A DNA stretch of 64,000 bases from Beijerinckiaceae bacterium (GCA_025459195.1 JALORF010000001.1:894-64893); one strand, 5' to 3'. Shown: positions 27,328 through 38,175, counted from the stretch's first letter. The notes: generated from the sequence alone by a model not told the origin. Numbers and translations: made by a program.

Positions 27328-28617
27328 TCATTTGGTAGCGGTCGCTGCTGCCAGTGTCTGGATTGCCGCTGCCAGCTTGTCCACGTCGACCGTGCTGGTG
27401 AACAGCGAAGGCGTTGCGCGAATACAGGTGCCGCCGGAAAGACCGATCCGGTGCACAGTCATGATGCCAAAGCGGTTCAGAAGCACATCGGTTAGCGCGA
27501 TGTTGGCCGCCGGGGTCGTTTGTCCATGCAGCCGGAACGATGTGGTCGCACCATAGAGGGATGGATCATCGGGCAGCAGCACCTCCACGCCAGGAATGCT
27601 GCGTACCTGCGACACCCAGCGGTTTCGCAGGAACTGAAGACGTCCGATTTTGGCGCCGCGGTCAATGGTTGCTTGAAAATCCAGTGCGGCCGGTACCGTC
27701 AATTGTGGGGCAAAGTCGACTGTTCCCTGATGAACCTTTGCCTGCACGTCTTCCGGCCCGGCGTCCGGGAGCTCAGGGGCAGGCGCAATTGCAGAAGCCA
27801 TACCCTTGCGAACCCAGATAGCAGCCACCCCAAGCGGTGCACCCACCCACTTGTGGAAGTTGAGACCCACGAAGTCGGCGCCAAAATCTGGTATCCTAAA
27901 CGGAATCTGGTAGAAGCTCTGCGCGCAATCAACGATGGCCTGCGCTCCGTGGGCCTTTACGAGCGGCACGATTTCGCTGACTGGCAAAACAAGGCCGTTG
28001 CGATGGCTCATGTGCGTGAGCAGCACCAGTTTCAAACGGGGTGCGCGGGCAAACGCCTCGCGATAGGCTTCAATCAGGTTCGCGCGAGTCATCTGCGCAG
28101 GCAGGTTGATCTTGATGGCCTGTGCGCCGCGTGCAGCAGCCAGCGATCGCATTGCACCCTGCGTGGTCTCGTAATCGGTATCAGCAAAAAGGATCTGATC
28201 ACCGGCACCAACATCGCGATATTGCATGATAAGTGCCGTCAATCCTTCGGCAGCATTGCGACACCAGCCCACTTCTTCGGGCAGCACGCCCATCGCCTCT
28301 GCCGCCCGCTCCTTCGCGCGCGCCTGATCGGCAATCATGGCGCGCCGCGCATACCAGCTGTTGTCGCGGTTCAGCCGCGCGACCTGCTCCCTGTGCGCCG
28401 CTGCTACCGGCTCAGCCATGCTGCCCCAGTACGCATTTTCCAGCTGAACGATTTCGCGCGTGACAGGATAAAGAGCGGCAATCTTGGCCCATCTGGCCTC
28501 GTCGGACGGACTGTGAGCCGCAACAGCCTGACTCGTTACAGCGCTTTCAGCCACACCCGCCCCGTACAGAACGGTGGTTGCACCCAGGATAGCGGTGCGG
28601 CGGGTCACTTCTGTCAT
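27328..28617 (-). CDS. Class V PLP-dependent enzyme (isopenicillin-N-epimerase/EgtE-like) with a Tat-like signal
   Basis: LENAYWG, VDCAQS, NFHKWVGAP (PLP Lys); N-terminal TRRTAILG. Confidence 0.88.
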   Translation of the reverse strand: MTEVTRRTAILGATTVLYGAGVAESAVTSQAVAAHSPSDEARWAKIAALYPVTREIVQLENAYWGSMAEPVAAAHREQVARLNRDNSWYARRAMIADQARAKERAAEAMGVLPEEVGWCRNAAEGLTALIMQYRDVGAGDQILFADTDYETTQGAMRSLAAARGAQAIKINLPAQMTRANLIEAYREAFARAPRLKLVLLTHMSHRNGLVLPVSEIVPLVKAHGAQAIVDCAQSFYQIPFRIPDFGADFVGLNFHKWVGAPLGVAAIWVRKGMASAIAPAPELPDAGPEDVQAKVHQGTVDFAPQLTVPAALDFQATIDRGAKIGRLQFLRNRWVSQVRSIPGVEVLLPDDPSLYGATTSFRLHGQTTPAANIALTDVLLNRFGIMTVHRIGLSGGTCIRATPSLFTSTVDVDKLAAAIQTLAAATATK

Positions 28618-28809
28618 GATCGTTCCTTATGCGGCATTTTCATTCTGCCCTCTCTCGCAGTCACAACTGCCATTATACCACTTTTGCATGATAAACAGCT
28701 TATTTCGCATTTGATGTAAACCTTACCTTCGCACAACCTCCGCCATCAAGGGCCAGCTTTAACGGGCTGCGGCAATCACGGTGCAACCGCGATCAAGGGG
28801 ACGGGGGAA

Positions 28810-31320
28810 ATGAGGAAATTTTCGAAAACGATGGAAACGGGAGCACTCAGGTCAGTGTCTGCGACGGCACTTTGGGCGGCGCTGCTCTACTCCGGTACCG
28901 CTTTTGCGCAGGAACAGGCGGCGTCCGACAAGGATGCGGCCCAGTCCGACCAGATGATCATTGTGACGGGCACCCGCCGTGAAGGTGTGACTGCCCTTGA
29001 GTCGGCCAGGCCAGTGGACATCATTTCGGCCGAAGTGCTCACGAGGCAGGGCGCTTCGAACCTGAACGATGCCCTGCGCAACGCTGTCCCCTCGCTCAAC
29101 GTTCAGCAGTTCGTCGCGCAGGACGGCTCGGCCTTCATCCGCCCGTTCAGCTTGCGCGGGCTGCCGCCGGATCAGACACTGGTGCTGCTGAACAACAAGC
29201 GCCGTCACCGTTCGGCGCTGGTGCAGATCACCAACCAGCCGCTGGCCGCTGGTGCGCAGGGCCCTGACCTTTCCAGCATCCCGACCATCGCCATCAAAAG
29301 CATCGAAGTGCTGCGCGATGGTGCCGCAGCGCAATATGGATCGGATGCCATCGCCGGCGTGATCAACTTTCGCCTGAAGGACGGTTCGGATGGGCTGACG
29401 ATGAGCGCCCGTTATGGCCAATTCTATGAAGGCGACGGCGAAGATGTCACGCTCGCCGCCAATGCTGGCTTTAAGCTGGCGGAAGGCTTCATCAACCTCA
29501 GCGGTGAGTATGTCCGCGCCAAGCCGACGTCGCGCGGGGCCCAGCGCCCTGATGCGCAGGCCCTGATCAATGCCGGGAACACGGCGGTGCCGGTGCCGGC
29601 GCAGCGCTGGGGCAATGTCAACACCGAGGCCGCACGCTTCCTGCTGAATGCCGAGATGCCAGCATCCGACACCGCCACCGTCTATCTTTTCGGCAATTAT
29701 GCGTGGAGCACGGGCGATACCGAATTCTTCTATCGCAATCCCGTTACCCGCACCGATATCTTCCGCAGTGTGCCACTGACCAACCAGCCCGGCGGCCGGC
29801 GATTCAACTTCAACACGCAGTTTCCCGGCGGCTTCACGCCGATTTTCGGCACCGATATCGAAGACCTAAGCATCGCCGGCGGCGTGCGCGGCGAGCTTGG
29901 CGATATCCGCTATGATCTCAGCGCCATCGCGGCGCAGAACCGGGTGCGCTACAATCTGCGCAACACGGTCAACCCATCGCTTGGCCCCCAGTCGCCAACC
30001 CGGTTCAATGCCGGCAAGGTGACCCAGCGTGAAACCCAGTTCCACGCCGACTTTGTTTACCCGCTCGAGATCGGTCTGGCCGAACCGCTCAATGTCGCCT
30101 TCGGCGCCGAGTATCGCCGCGAGGCGTTCGAGATCACAGCCGGCGATGTCGCTTCCTATATTGCCGGACCGTTCGCGCGCGTCCTTGATCCGGACAACAA
30201 CAATCTGCCGATCGGTCTGGCGGTTGGGTCCTCTGGCTTCCCCGGCTACGCGCCGTCGTCTGCCGGCAGTTGGGCGCGCTCCAACTGGGCAGCCTATGTC
30301 GATGTCGAAGGTGACCTGGCCGACGGCCTGAACCTCGGTGTCGCCGGCCGGTTCGAGGATTTCTCTGACTTTGGCAGCACCTTCAACTGGAAGGTGTCCG
30401 GCCGCTATGAGTTGACCGACTGGATGGCTATTCGCGCATCCTACAGCACCGGCTTCCGTGCACCGACGCCCGGCCAGGCAAATATCTCCGATGTGGCCAC
30501 CAACATCGATTTGGTCACCGGCGGGCTGCTGCTCACCACGACGCGACCGCCCACCGACCCTGTTTCGCAATTCTATGGTGCGCAGCCCCTGAACCGGGAG
30601 AAATCCAAGAACGTCGCGGCCGGCGTGGTGTTCGACATTCCTGGCGGCTGGGTGCTGACCGCGGATTATTTCAACATCAAGGTTGATGACCGCATCGCGT
30701 TGACGTCGCGCATACCGATTACGGCTGCTGACCGGATCGCCATGGCGGCACGCGGGATCGATCCCGGCGATGTGCAGACGGTGCGCTTCTTCGGCAATTA
30801 CTTCGATTCGCGCACCCAGGGTTTCGATATCGTGTTCTCGAAGAACTGGCGGCTGGGCGGGGACACCAGCCTCGGCGTGAACGCTTCGCTCAACTACACC
30901 AAGAACGAAGTCGGCAACGTGCGTGATGCGCGCGCGGTGGACCGCGAACGCCGGATCGAAATCAACGCCTTCAACCCGCAGTGGCGGGGCAGCATTACAG
31001 GGACGCTTGAGTCGGGTAATTTCACCGGACTGCTGCGCGCCAGCTATTTCGGCAAATGGACCGATGCCGTTGCCAATGCGGTGCCCACCGTCAATGCCTT
31101 CGACCAGACGTTCGGCGCCAAGGTGCTTGTCGATCTGGAAATTGGCTATGATGTCACCAAAACGATCAATGTCGCGGTCGGTGCCAACAATGTGTTCGAC
31201 GTCTATCCAGACCGCGACCGGCGTCCCGGGCAGCAGAACAACGGCATCATCTATCCGCAGTTCTCGCCCTTCGGGTTCAGCGGCGGCTTCTGGTATCTGC
31301 GGGCGAACGTGAAATTCTGA
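28810..31320 (+). CDS. TonB-dependent receptor
   Basis: Signal peptide (AFA), MIIVTGTR, plug IEVLRDGAAAQYGSDAIAGVIN, C-terminal YLRANVKF. Confidence 0.93.
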   Translation: MRKFSKTMETGALRSVSATALWAALLYSGTAFAQEQAASDKDAAQSDQMIIVTGTRREGVTALESARPVDIISAEVLTRQGASNLNDALRNAVPSLNVQQFVAQDGSAFIRPFSLRGLPPDQTLVLLNNKRRHRSALVQITNQPLAAGAQGPDLSSIPTIAIKSIEVLRDGAAAQYGSDAIAGVINFRLKDGSDGLTMSARYGQFYEGDGEDVTLAANAGFKLAEGFINLSGEYVRAKPTSRGAQRPDAQALINAGNTAVPVPAQRWGNVNTEAARFLLNAEMPASDTATVYLFGNYAWSTGDTEFFYRNPVTRTDIFRSVPLTNQPGGRRFNFNTQFPGGFTPIFGTDIEDLSIAGGVRGELGDIRYDLSAIAAQNRVRYNLRNTVNPSLGPQSPTRFNAGKVTQRETQFHADFVYPLEIGLAEPLNVAFGAEYRREAFEITAGDVASYIAGPFARVLDPDNNNLPIGLAVGSSGFPGYAPSSAGSWARSNWAAYVDVEGDLADGLNLGVAGRFEDFSDFGSTFNWKVSGRYELTDWMAIRASYSTGFRAPTPGQANISDVATNIDLVTGGLLLTTTRPPTDPVSQFYGAQPLNREKSKNVAAGVVFDIPGGWVLTADYFNIKVDDRIALTSRIPITAADRIAMAARGIDPGDVQTVRFFGNYFDSRTQGFDIVFSKNWRLGGDTSLGVNASLNYTKNEVGNVRDARAVDRERRIEINAFNPQWRGSITGTLESGNFTGLLRASYFGKWTDAVANAVPTVNAFDQTFGAKVLVDLEIGYDVTKTINVAVGANNVFDVYPDRDRRPGQQNNGIIYPQFSPFGFSGGFWYLRANVKF

Positions 31321-31346
31321 TCCAGCCGGCCTGACGGAGACCCAGG

Positions 31347-31814
31347 GTGACCAGCTTGATCCCGCAGCGCCTTGCCGAACTGGGCATCGCCATGCCGCAC
31401 GTGCCGCCAGCGGTGGCCAATTATGTGCCGTTCACACGGCTGGGCAGGCTTGTCACCATTTCCGGGCAATTGCCGCGCAGCGATGACGGCCTGATTACTG
31501 GCGTGCTGGGCAACGGCACGTCGATTGATCGCGGTGTTCTTGCGGCGCGGCAATGCGCAGTGGCCGTTCTTGCCGTCCTGAACGAGGCTCTCGAAGGCGA
31601 TGCCGAGCGGCTTGCCGGCTGTGTGCAGCTGTGCGGCTACGTTCAGTCAGCGCCGGGTTTTACCGAACATTCCACCGTGCTGAACGGCGCGTCCGATCTG
31701 GTGGCCGCGGTACTGGGTGATCGCGGACGCCACGCTCGCACTGCCGTTGGCGTGGCCAGCCTGCCGTTCGGCGTGGCAGTGGAAGTCAGCGCCCAGTTCA
31801 GGCTTCTCGGGTAG
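31347..31814 (+). CDS. RidA/YjgF-family protein
   Basis: VANYVP, ISGQLP, NGASDL..GRHARTAVGVASLP..AVEV. Confidence 0.9.
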   Translation: MTSLIPQRLAELGIAMPHVPPAVANYVPFTRLGRLVTISGQLPRSDDGLITGVLGNGTSIDRGVLAARQCAVAVLAVLNEALEGDAERLAGCVQLCGYVQSAPGFTEHSTVLNGASDLVAAVLGDRGRHARTAVGVASLPFGVAVEVSAQFRLLG

Positions 31815-31824
31815 CGCGCCGCCC

Positions 31825-32760
31825 TCAAGCCGGTCCGGTCACTGCGCCAAACCGCGATTCACAGGCTTTCTGCAGGCTGTCGCGTTCCACTTCGAGGATT
31901 TTCAGCAGATCTTCCAGCAGCCGCGACCGGCCGCGGTGCGGCGGCAGGATCATCAAGGCCCGGAAGGTAATGGCCGGCTCGAACGGACGCGCCACCAGAC
32001 CACGCGTTTCGAATTCGCTCGCGACGAAGGATACGGCGTTGGTCAGCCCGATGCCGGCACCTTCGGCCACCAGCTGGCACACGCTGGCGCCGAACTGGGT
32101 TTCCACCACCACCTTGGGTTGCGCCCCCATCAGGCGCAGGGCGGCATCGAGCTGCTTGCGCGCGGTATCGTCTGGCGAAAGCGACACCAGTGGCACACCA
32201 TCAAGATCGATCGGCGTCACCGTCTTCAGCTGCGCCAGCGGATGGTCAGCGGGCATGACGCAGACCCCGCGGGTGGCCAGAAAAGGCTCGGCCACCACGT
32301 TGGTGGTATCGATTTCGTCCGCACACAGGCCGATGTCGTGCGTGCCGCTGGCCACCAGATTGCGCACCATACTGGAATTGGCGATCTCGAATGTAACGGT
32401 GACGCCGGGGTGACGTTCGATGAACAATGTGATCACGCGCGGGATCAGTGACAGGCCAAGGGCGGCCGATGTGGCGATCCGCAGCGATCCGGTGCCCACC
32501 GACCGGATGCGCGCCACCGCCTGCTTCAGGCGATCGAGACCGACATAGGTATCGACAATCTCCTGATAGAGAAGCTCTGCCTCCGGGGTCGGGATCAGGC
32601 GCGGGCCCTGGCGTTCGAACAGCTTCAGCCGGGTCACATCTTCCAGTCGCTTGAGGGAACGGCTGATGGCCGGCTGCGACACGCCCAGAAGTTCGGCGCC
32701 GCGCGTGGTCGATCCGGTGCGCATGACGGCATTGAAGGCTTCGATGAGGCTGAGATTCAT
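31825..32760 (-). CDS. LysR-family regulator
   Basis: AFNAVMRTGSTTRGAELLGVSQPAISRSLKRLE..LFER; divergent from metC. Confidence 0.93.
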   Translation of the reverse strand: MNLSLIEAFNAVMRTGSTTRGAELLGVSQPAISRSLKRLEDVTRLKLFERQGPRLIPTPEAELLYQEIVDTYVGLDRLKQAVARIRSVGTGSLRIATSAALGLSLIPRVITLFIERHPGVTVTFEIANSSMVRNLVASGTHDIGLCADEIDTTNVVAEPFLATRGVCVMPADHPLAQLKTVTPIDLDGVPLVSLSPDDTARKQLDAALRLMGAQPKVVVETQFGASVCQLVAEGAGIGLTNAVSFVASEFETRGLVARPFEPAITFRALMILPPHRGRSRLLEDLLKILEVERDSLQKACESRFGAVTGPA

Positions 32761-32854
32761 GGCGTCCAGTATAACCGAAACGCATAATGATGCGCCATAC
32801 TTGGATTTGAAACGACCCGGATGCACGCCTAGCGTGCCGGCCAAGGAGAAGGGC

Positions 32855-34042
32855 ATGCACGACGATACGAAATGCCTTAAGATAAAAGCGCCGCAGGGCA
32901 GCTTCGCCAGCCTGTCGGTACCCGTTTATCGCGCGTCCACTGTCGTGTTCGGCAGCGTGGCGGCCTACCAGAACCGCCGCGCGGCCATGTATGATGGCTA
33001 TTCATATGGCCTGTATGGCACGCCCACCAGCCGCGCGCTGGAACATGCAATTGCTGGCCTGGAAGGCGCCAGCCGGGCGCTGGTGGTATCGTCAGGCTTT
33101 GCCGCCATCACGCTTGTCACGCTGGCATTGTCGAAGTCCGGCAGCCGCGTCCTGTTTCCCGACAATGTCTATGACACGGTGCGCCCTTTCGCCGAGAATC
33201 TGCTTGCCCGCTATGGCGTGACGCCGGTCTATTATGATCCGCTGATCGGCAGCGGTATCGCCGGCCTGCTTGGCCCGGATGTGTCGCTGGTGTGGCTTGA
33301 ATCGCCGGGCTCGATGACGCTGGAAGTGCAGGACATGCCAGCGATTGCTGCGGCATGCTGCGCGCAGGGCATCCGCACGGCGGCCGATAATACCTATGCC
33401 ACAGCGCTGCGCTGCAAGCCGCTTGACCTCGGCGTTGATGTTTCCGTCTGCGCGGTGTCGAAATATGTCTCAGGCCATTCCGATGTGGTGATGGGTTCGA
33501 TCGCGCTGCGCGATGAAGCGCTATTCCGTCAGTTGAAGGACAATGCCCGCATGTTGGGCCAAGGAGTATCGGCCGACGAGGCCAGCCTGGTGCTGCGCGG
33601 ACTGGAGACCATGGCTGTGCGGCTGGAGCGCATCGAGCGCACCGCCCTGTCCCTGCTGGCCATGCTGAACGCGCACCCGGCAGTGCGGGAAGTGCGGCAC
33701 CCGGCCTTGCCCGGCAACCCCGGCCATGCCGAATGGACACGGGATTTTTCGGGATCGACCGGCCTCATCACGCTGTTCCTCGAACCGTGGACGCGCCCGG
33801 TGCTGGCGCAGGCGGTGGAAGCGATGGACCAGTTCGCCATCGGCGCCAGCTGGGGCGGCACCAAAAGCGTGGTTGCCGTGCTCGACGCGCCGCCGCTGCG
33901 CACTGCCACACCATCTCCGCATGATGGACCTGTCGTGCGGCTTAGCATCGGCCTCGAGCATCCGGACGATCTTGCGCACAGCATTGCAAGGGGTTTCGAC
34001 ATTTTGACGTCGGCGCAGGCGTCGCTGGCCGTGGCCACATGA
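32855..34042 (+). CDS. metC: Cystathionine beta-lyase (trans-sulfuration PLP family)
   Basis: PVYRASTVVF, YGLYGTPT, LESPGS, DNTY, SKYVSGHSDVVMG, IGASWGG, RLSIGLE. Confidence 0.88.
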   Translation: MHDDTKCLKIKAPQGSFASLSVPVYRASTVVFGSVAAYQNRRAAMYDGYSYGLYGTPTSRALEHAIAGLEGASRALVVSSGFAAITLVTLALSKSGSRVLFPDNVYDTVRPFAENLLARYGVTPVYYDPLIGSGIAGLLGPDVSLVWLESPGSMTLEVQDMPAIAAACCAQGIRTAADNTYATALRCKPLDLGVDVSVCAVSKYVSGHSDVVMGSIALRDEALFRQLKDNARMLGQGVSADEASLVLRGLETMAVRLERIERTALSLLAMLNAHPAVREVRHPALPGNPGHAEWTRDFSGSTGLITLFLEPWTRPVLAQAVEAMDQFAIGASWGGTKSVVAVLDAPPLRTATPSPHDGPVVRLSIGLEHPDDLAHSIARGFDILTSAQASLAVAT

Positions 34043-34055
34043 TCGGGAGGGAAGC

Positions 34056-35093
34056 ATGATCCACCGGAGCACCAGAGGCACCCTGATTGCACTCATGCTG
34101 GCGACCAGCCTTGCCGGTTGCTCGGGCGGCAGCGCCAAAAAGGCAAGTCTGGTCGAAAAGATCAAGACGCGCGGCACGCTGGTCTGCTCCGGCAGCCAGG
34201 GCGTGCCAGGCCTGTCCCGCCCCGATGAAAAGGGCGTATGGCGCGGCTTTGACAGCGATATCTGCCGGGCCATCGCCGCGGCAATCCTTGGCGACGCCAG
34301 CAAGGTGCGCTTCGTGCCGCTCAATGCAGCACAGCGCCTGCCCGCAGTGCAGACCGGCGAGATCGACGTGCTGTCGCGCACCTCCACGCTCACCTTTTCG
34401 CGTGACATGGCGATCCGCTTCGTCACCAACACGCTTTATGATGGCGATGTCATCATTACCCGCAAGGTCGACGGCATCGATACGCCAGCCGGACTGAATG
34501 GCCGCACCATCTGCATGCAGGGTGGCGGCAGCCTGGTGGAAGGCGCCCTTGACGAGATCGAGGAATCCAACAGGATCAAGATGAAGCGGGTGTATTTCGA
34601 TTCCACCATCACAGCGCGGGATACATATTTCGCTGGCCGCTGCGATGCCTATGTCACCGATGGTCTTGCCGCCCAGAACCAGATTGCCACCGTGGCGCGC
34701 AATCCGGCCGATCACGCCATGATGCGCGCCGGCACCGCCGTGGAACCCAACGGCATCGCTATCCCGCGCGGCGATGACCGCATGTTCGATGTCGCGCGCT
34801 GGACGTTCAATGTGCTGTTGTGGGCTGAACAGAACGGCATCAACCAGGCCAATGTCGATCAGATGGCCAAATCCGGCAACAGCGGCGTGCGCCGCGTGCT
34901 GGGCGGCGATCCCAGTTTCGGCCGCGCCATGGGCCTGAAGCCTGACTGGGCCTATCAGGTGATCAAGCAGGTCGGCAATTATCAGGAGATCTGGGACCGG
35001 AACCTGGGGGAAGGCACACCGATTAAGGCCGATCGAAGCTACAACAAGCTCTATGCCAACGGCGGCCTGATGTTCCCGCTGCCATGGGATTGA
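34056..35093 (+). CDS. aapJ: Amino-acid ABC transporter substrate-binding lipoprotein
   Basis: Lipobox LAGC, GFDSDICRAIAAA, GEIDVLSR, VIKQVGNYQEI. Confidence 0.88.
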   Translation: MIHRSTRGTLIALMLATSLAGCSGGSAKKASLVEKIKTRGTLVCSGSQGVPGLSRPDEKGVWRGFDSDICRAIAAAILGDASKVRFVPLNAAQRLPAVQTGEIDVLSRTSTLTFSRDMAIRFVTNTLYDGDVIITRKVDGIDTPAGLNGRTICMQGGGSLVEGALDEIEESNRIKMKRVYFDSTITARDTYFAGRCDAYVTDGLAAQNQIATVARNPADHAMMRAGTAVEPNGIAIPRGDDRMFDVARWTFNVLLWAEQNGINQANVDQMAKSGNSGVRRVLGGDPSFGRAMGLKPDWAYQVIKQVGNYQEIWDRNLGEGTPIKADRSYNKLYANGGLMFPLPWD

Positions 35094-35124
35094 GCCGGCC
35101 ACGCCGCACGGCAGGAACGCGCCC

Positions 35125-36252
35125 ATGACCCGCGCCAAGCGCAATCTTGTGTATCAGGCTCTTGTACTGCTGCTCAGCTTCGCAGCGGTGGCGCTGGTGG
35201 GCGCGACGGCGGCGGCCAATCTGGAAAGCCGTGGGATCGAGCTGGGGCTGGAATTCCTCGGCGACCGGGCCGGGTTTGCGCTGTCGGAAACTTGGCTGCC
35301 CTATTCGCCCGACGACAGCAATCTGTGGGCGCTGCTGGTCGGGGTCGGCAACACGCTGATGGTCACCTTGCTGGTGGCCGTTCTGTCAACGGCCATAGGC
35401 GCAGGGCTGGGCATATTGCGGATCAGCGACAATCCGCTGTCGGGCGGGTTCGCGCGCGCCTGGGTGGAATTTTCGCGCAACACGCCGCCCATTCTGCTGC
35501 TGCTGTTCCTCTACAGCCTGTTGGGCCATGCGCTGCCGGTGGACAGGGCTGTCAGCCTCGGGGCCGGCATTCACCTCTCGCTGCGCGGGCTGGCCGTTCC
35601 GGCGCTTGATCTGGGCGGACAGGGGCACTGGCTGCTGCTGGCGCTGCTCGGCGGCCTTGCCGGCCTGTTTTTCGTGGGCCGTGCCGCCCGTTCCCGCCAG
35701 CAGCAAACCGGCATAAGGCCGCCCTGGCAGGCCATCAGCGCCGGAGTGCTGGCCGCGCTACTGGCCGGCTGGCTGCTGGGGCCGGGGCCGGGGGTGCAGC
35801 TGGACCTGCCGGTCGCCAACGGGCCCGATCTCAGCGGCGGTCTCATCCTGACGCCGGAGTTTTTCACTCTCATTGTCGGGCTGTCAGTCTATACCTCGGG
35901 TTTCATCGCTGAAATCGTGCGCACCGGCCTGCAATCAATCACGCTTGGCCAGTGGGAAGCCGCCTCTGCCCTGGGCCTCAGCCGCGGGCAGACGCTGCGG
36001 CTGGTGATCGTTCCGCAGATGCTGCGGGTCATCATTCCGCCGATGACCAGCCAATATGTGAACATCGTGAAAAACTCGACCCTGGTGATCGCCATTGGCT
36101 ACGCCGATTTCATGGTGACAGCCGGCACCATGATCAACAAGACCAGCAGGGCGGTCGAAGGCACACTGATCATCATCGCGGTCTATCTGCTCATCAACCT
36201 GGCGCTGGCGGCGGTGATGAACCACCTCAACCGCTCGTTCGAAAGGGCATGA
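35125..36252 (+). CDS. aapQ: Amino-acid ABC transporter permease
   Basis: GNTLMV, RNTPPIL, AEIVRTGLQSITLGQWEAASALGL (EAA loop). Confidence 0.88.
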   Translation: MTRAKRNLVYQALVLLLSFAAVALVGATAAANLESRGIELGLEFLGDRAGFALSETWLPYSPDDSNLWALLVGVGNTLMVTLLVAVLSTAIGAGLGILRISDNPLSGGFARAWVEFSRNTPPILLLLFLYSLLGHALPVDRAVSLGAGIHLSLRGLAVPALDLGGQGHWLLLALLGGLAGLFFVGRAARSRQQQTGIRPPWQAISAGVLAALLAGWLLGPGPGVQLDLPVANGPDLSGGLILTPEFFTLIVGLSVYTSGFIAEIVRTGLQSITLGQWEAASALGLSRGQTLRLVIVPQMLRVIIPPMTSQYVNIVKNSTLVIAIGYADFMVTAGTMINKTSRAVEGTLIIIAVYLLINLALAAVMNHLNRSFERA

Positions 36253-37325
36253 CGATGGCTACAACCGCCATGCCTGGCAGAGGCCGCGCCACAGGCCTGG
36301 CGCGCAGCCTGTTCGGCAGCCCGCTCAACTTTGCCGTCACCGCCGGCTTTGCGCTGCTGCTCTGGGCAACGCTGCCGTTCGTCGTGCGCTGGGCCATCCT
36401 CGATGCCGCCTTCCTCCCGGCTGTGCCTGAAACCTGCCGGGCGGCCGGCGGCGCCTGCTGGAGCTTCATCATCGCCAAGCACAGCCAGATCCTGTTCGGC
36501 ATCTACCCCTATGATGAACGCTGGCGGCCGATGATCGTGTGTCTGCTGCTGCTCGGCCTGCTGATCCATTCGGTGCGGCCGCAGGCCTGGCGGCCGTCGC
36601 TGGCGATCTGGTGGCTGGGTGCCCTGGCGGCATCCTGGCTGCTGCTGGCCGGCGGCATGTTTGGCCTGATCGAGGTGACAGCCGATAAATGGGGCGGCTT
36701 GCCGGTCACGCTGATCCTCACCGTGGTGGCCATCGGTTTCGGCTTCCCGACCGGTGTGCTGCTGGCGCTGGCCCGGCGCTCTTCTACCCTGCCGGTGATC
36801 AGGCTGCTGGCAACGCTGTTCATCGAGGTGACGCGCGCCCTGCCACTGCTCAGCATCCTCTTCATCGCCTCGATCATGCTGCCGCTGCTGGTGCCGGAAG
36901 CCTTCCTGCCCGACAAGTTCATGCGCGCCCTGATTGCGCTCTATCTGTTCGCATCGGCCTATATGGCCGAAGTTGTGCGGGGCGGCCTGCAGGCACTGCC
37001 GCGCGGACAGGATGAAGCGGCCGACGCACTGGGCCTGAACTACTGGCAAAAACAGCGCCTGATTATCCTGCCGCAGGCCGTGGCACTGGTTATCCCGGCG
37101 CTGACCAACACGGTGATTGTCATGATCAAGAACACCAGCCTTGTCCTGGTAGTTGGGCTGTTTGATTTGATCAGCTCGGGCAAGGCGGCACTGGCTGATC
37201 CGGAATGGCGTTCCCCCTCGGTTGAAGTCTATCTGTTCATCACTGCCATCTATTTTGTGCTCTGCTTCGGCTTCAGCCGGTTTGCCGACAGCCTGGAGCG
37301 CCGCGCCAAAGGGCCTGCCACATGA
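36249..37325 (+). CDS. aapM: Amino-acid ABC transporter permease
   Basis: [38 protein letters not shown]. Confidence 0.88.
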   Translation: MTMATTAMPGRGRATGLARSLFGSPLNFAVTAGFALLLWATLPFVVRWAILDAAFLPAVPETCRAAGGACWSFIIAKHSQILFGIYPYDERWRPMIVCLLLLGLLIHSVRPQAWRPSLAIWWLGALAASWLLLAGGMFGLIEVTADKWGGLPVTLILTVVAIGFGFPTGVLLALARRSSTLPVIRLLATLFIEVTRALPLLSILFIASIMLPLLVPEAFLPDKFMRALIALYLFASAYMAEVVRGGLQALPRGQDEAADALGLNYWQKQRLIILPQAVALVIPALTNTVIVMIKNTSLVLVVGLFDLISSGKAALADPEWRSPSVEVYLFITAIYFVLCFGFSRFADSLERRAKGPAT

Positions 37326-38086
37326 CTGTCGCCGCCACCATCACGCCAGCGCCCGGCCAGCCGGCCATCACCATGACAGGCGTGACCAAGAATTATGGCA
37401 GCTTCCAGGCCCTGCGTGGTGTTGATCTTGCGGTCGCGCGCGGCGAGCGGATTGTTATTTGCGGCCCGTCGGGTTCGGGCAAGTCAACGCTCATCCGCTG
37501 CATCAACCAGCTGGAACAGCATGAAGGCGGCCGGATTGTTGTCAACGGTGTCGAGGTCGGGCCGGAGCCGAAGCAGCTTGAAGCGATCCGCACACAGGTC
37601 GGCATGGTGTTCCAGAGCTTCAACCTGTTCCCACACCTGACGATTCTCGAAAACTGCATCCTCGGCCCGACATGGGTAAAGAAGTTGCCGCGTGCCGAGG
37701 CCGAGGCCAAGGCCATGGCGCTGCTGGAACGAGTGAAGATCCCCGATCAGGCGCACAAGCGGCCGGGCCAGCTGTCGGGCGGCCAGCAACAACGGGTGGC
37801 CATAGCACGGGCGCTCTGCATGGAACCCAGCATCATGCTGTTCGACGAGCCGACGTCGGCACTTGACCCGGAGATGGTCAAGGAAGTGCTGGACGTCATG
37901 CTCGAACTGGCCGGCGATGGTATGACCATGCTGGTTGTCACCCACGAAATGGGTTTCGCCCGTCAGGCCGCCGACCGGGTGATCTTCATGGATCAGGGAC
38001 AGATCATCGAGCAGGCGACGCCGCAGAGCTTCTTCGCCAATCCGCAGCACGAGCGCGCGCGGCTGTTCCTCAGCCAGATACTCTGA
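37322..38086 (+). CDS. aapP: Amino-acid ABC transporter ATP-binding protein
   Basis: [35 protein letters not shown]. Confidence 0.93.
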   Translation: MTVAATITPAPGQPAITMTGVTKNYGSFQALRGVDLAVARGERIVICGPSGSGKSTLIRCINQLEQHEGGRIVVNGVEVGPEPKQLEAIRTQVGMVFQSFNLFPHLTILENCILGPTWVKKLPRAEAEAKAMALLERVKIPDQAHKRPGQLSGGQQQRVAIARALCMEPSIMLFDEPTSALDPEMVKEVLDVMLELAGDGMTMLVVTHEMGFARQAADRVIFMDQGQIIEQATPQSFFANPQHERARLFLSQIL

Positions 38087-38175
38087 TGATGGGCTGGGGT
38101 GGTCGCATTCGCCGGCTGGAATTGTACCGCAAGCCTGCCTTGAACAAGGACCGCTTTGTCCATAAGAGCGATGGC

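Noticed and set aside
27328-28617. Cysteine desulfurase (SufS/IscS) call
   Set aside because: Lacks the catalytic Cys loop motifs of either group.
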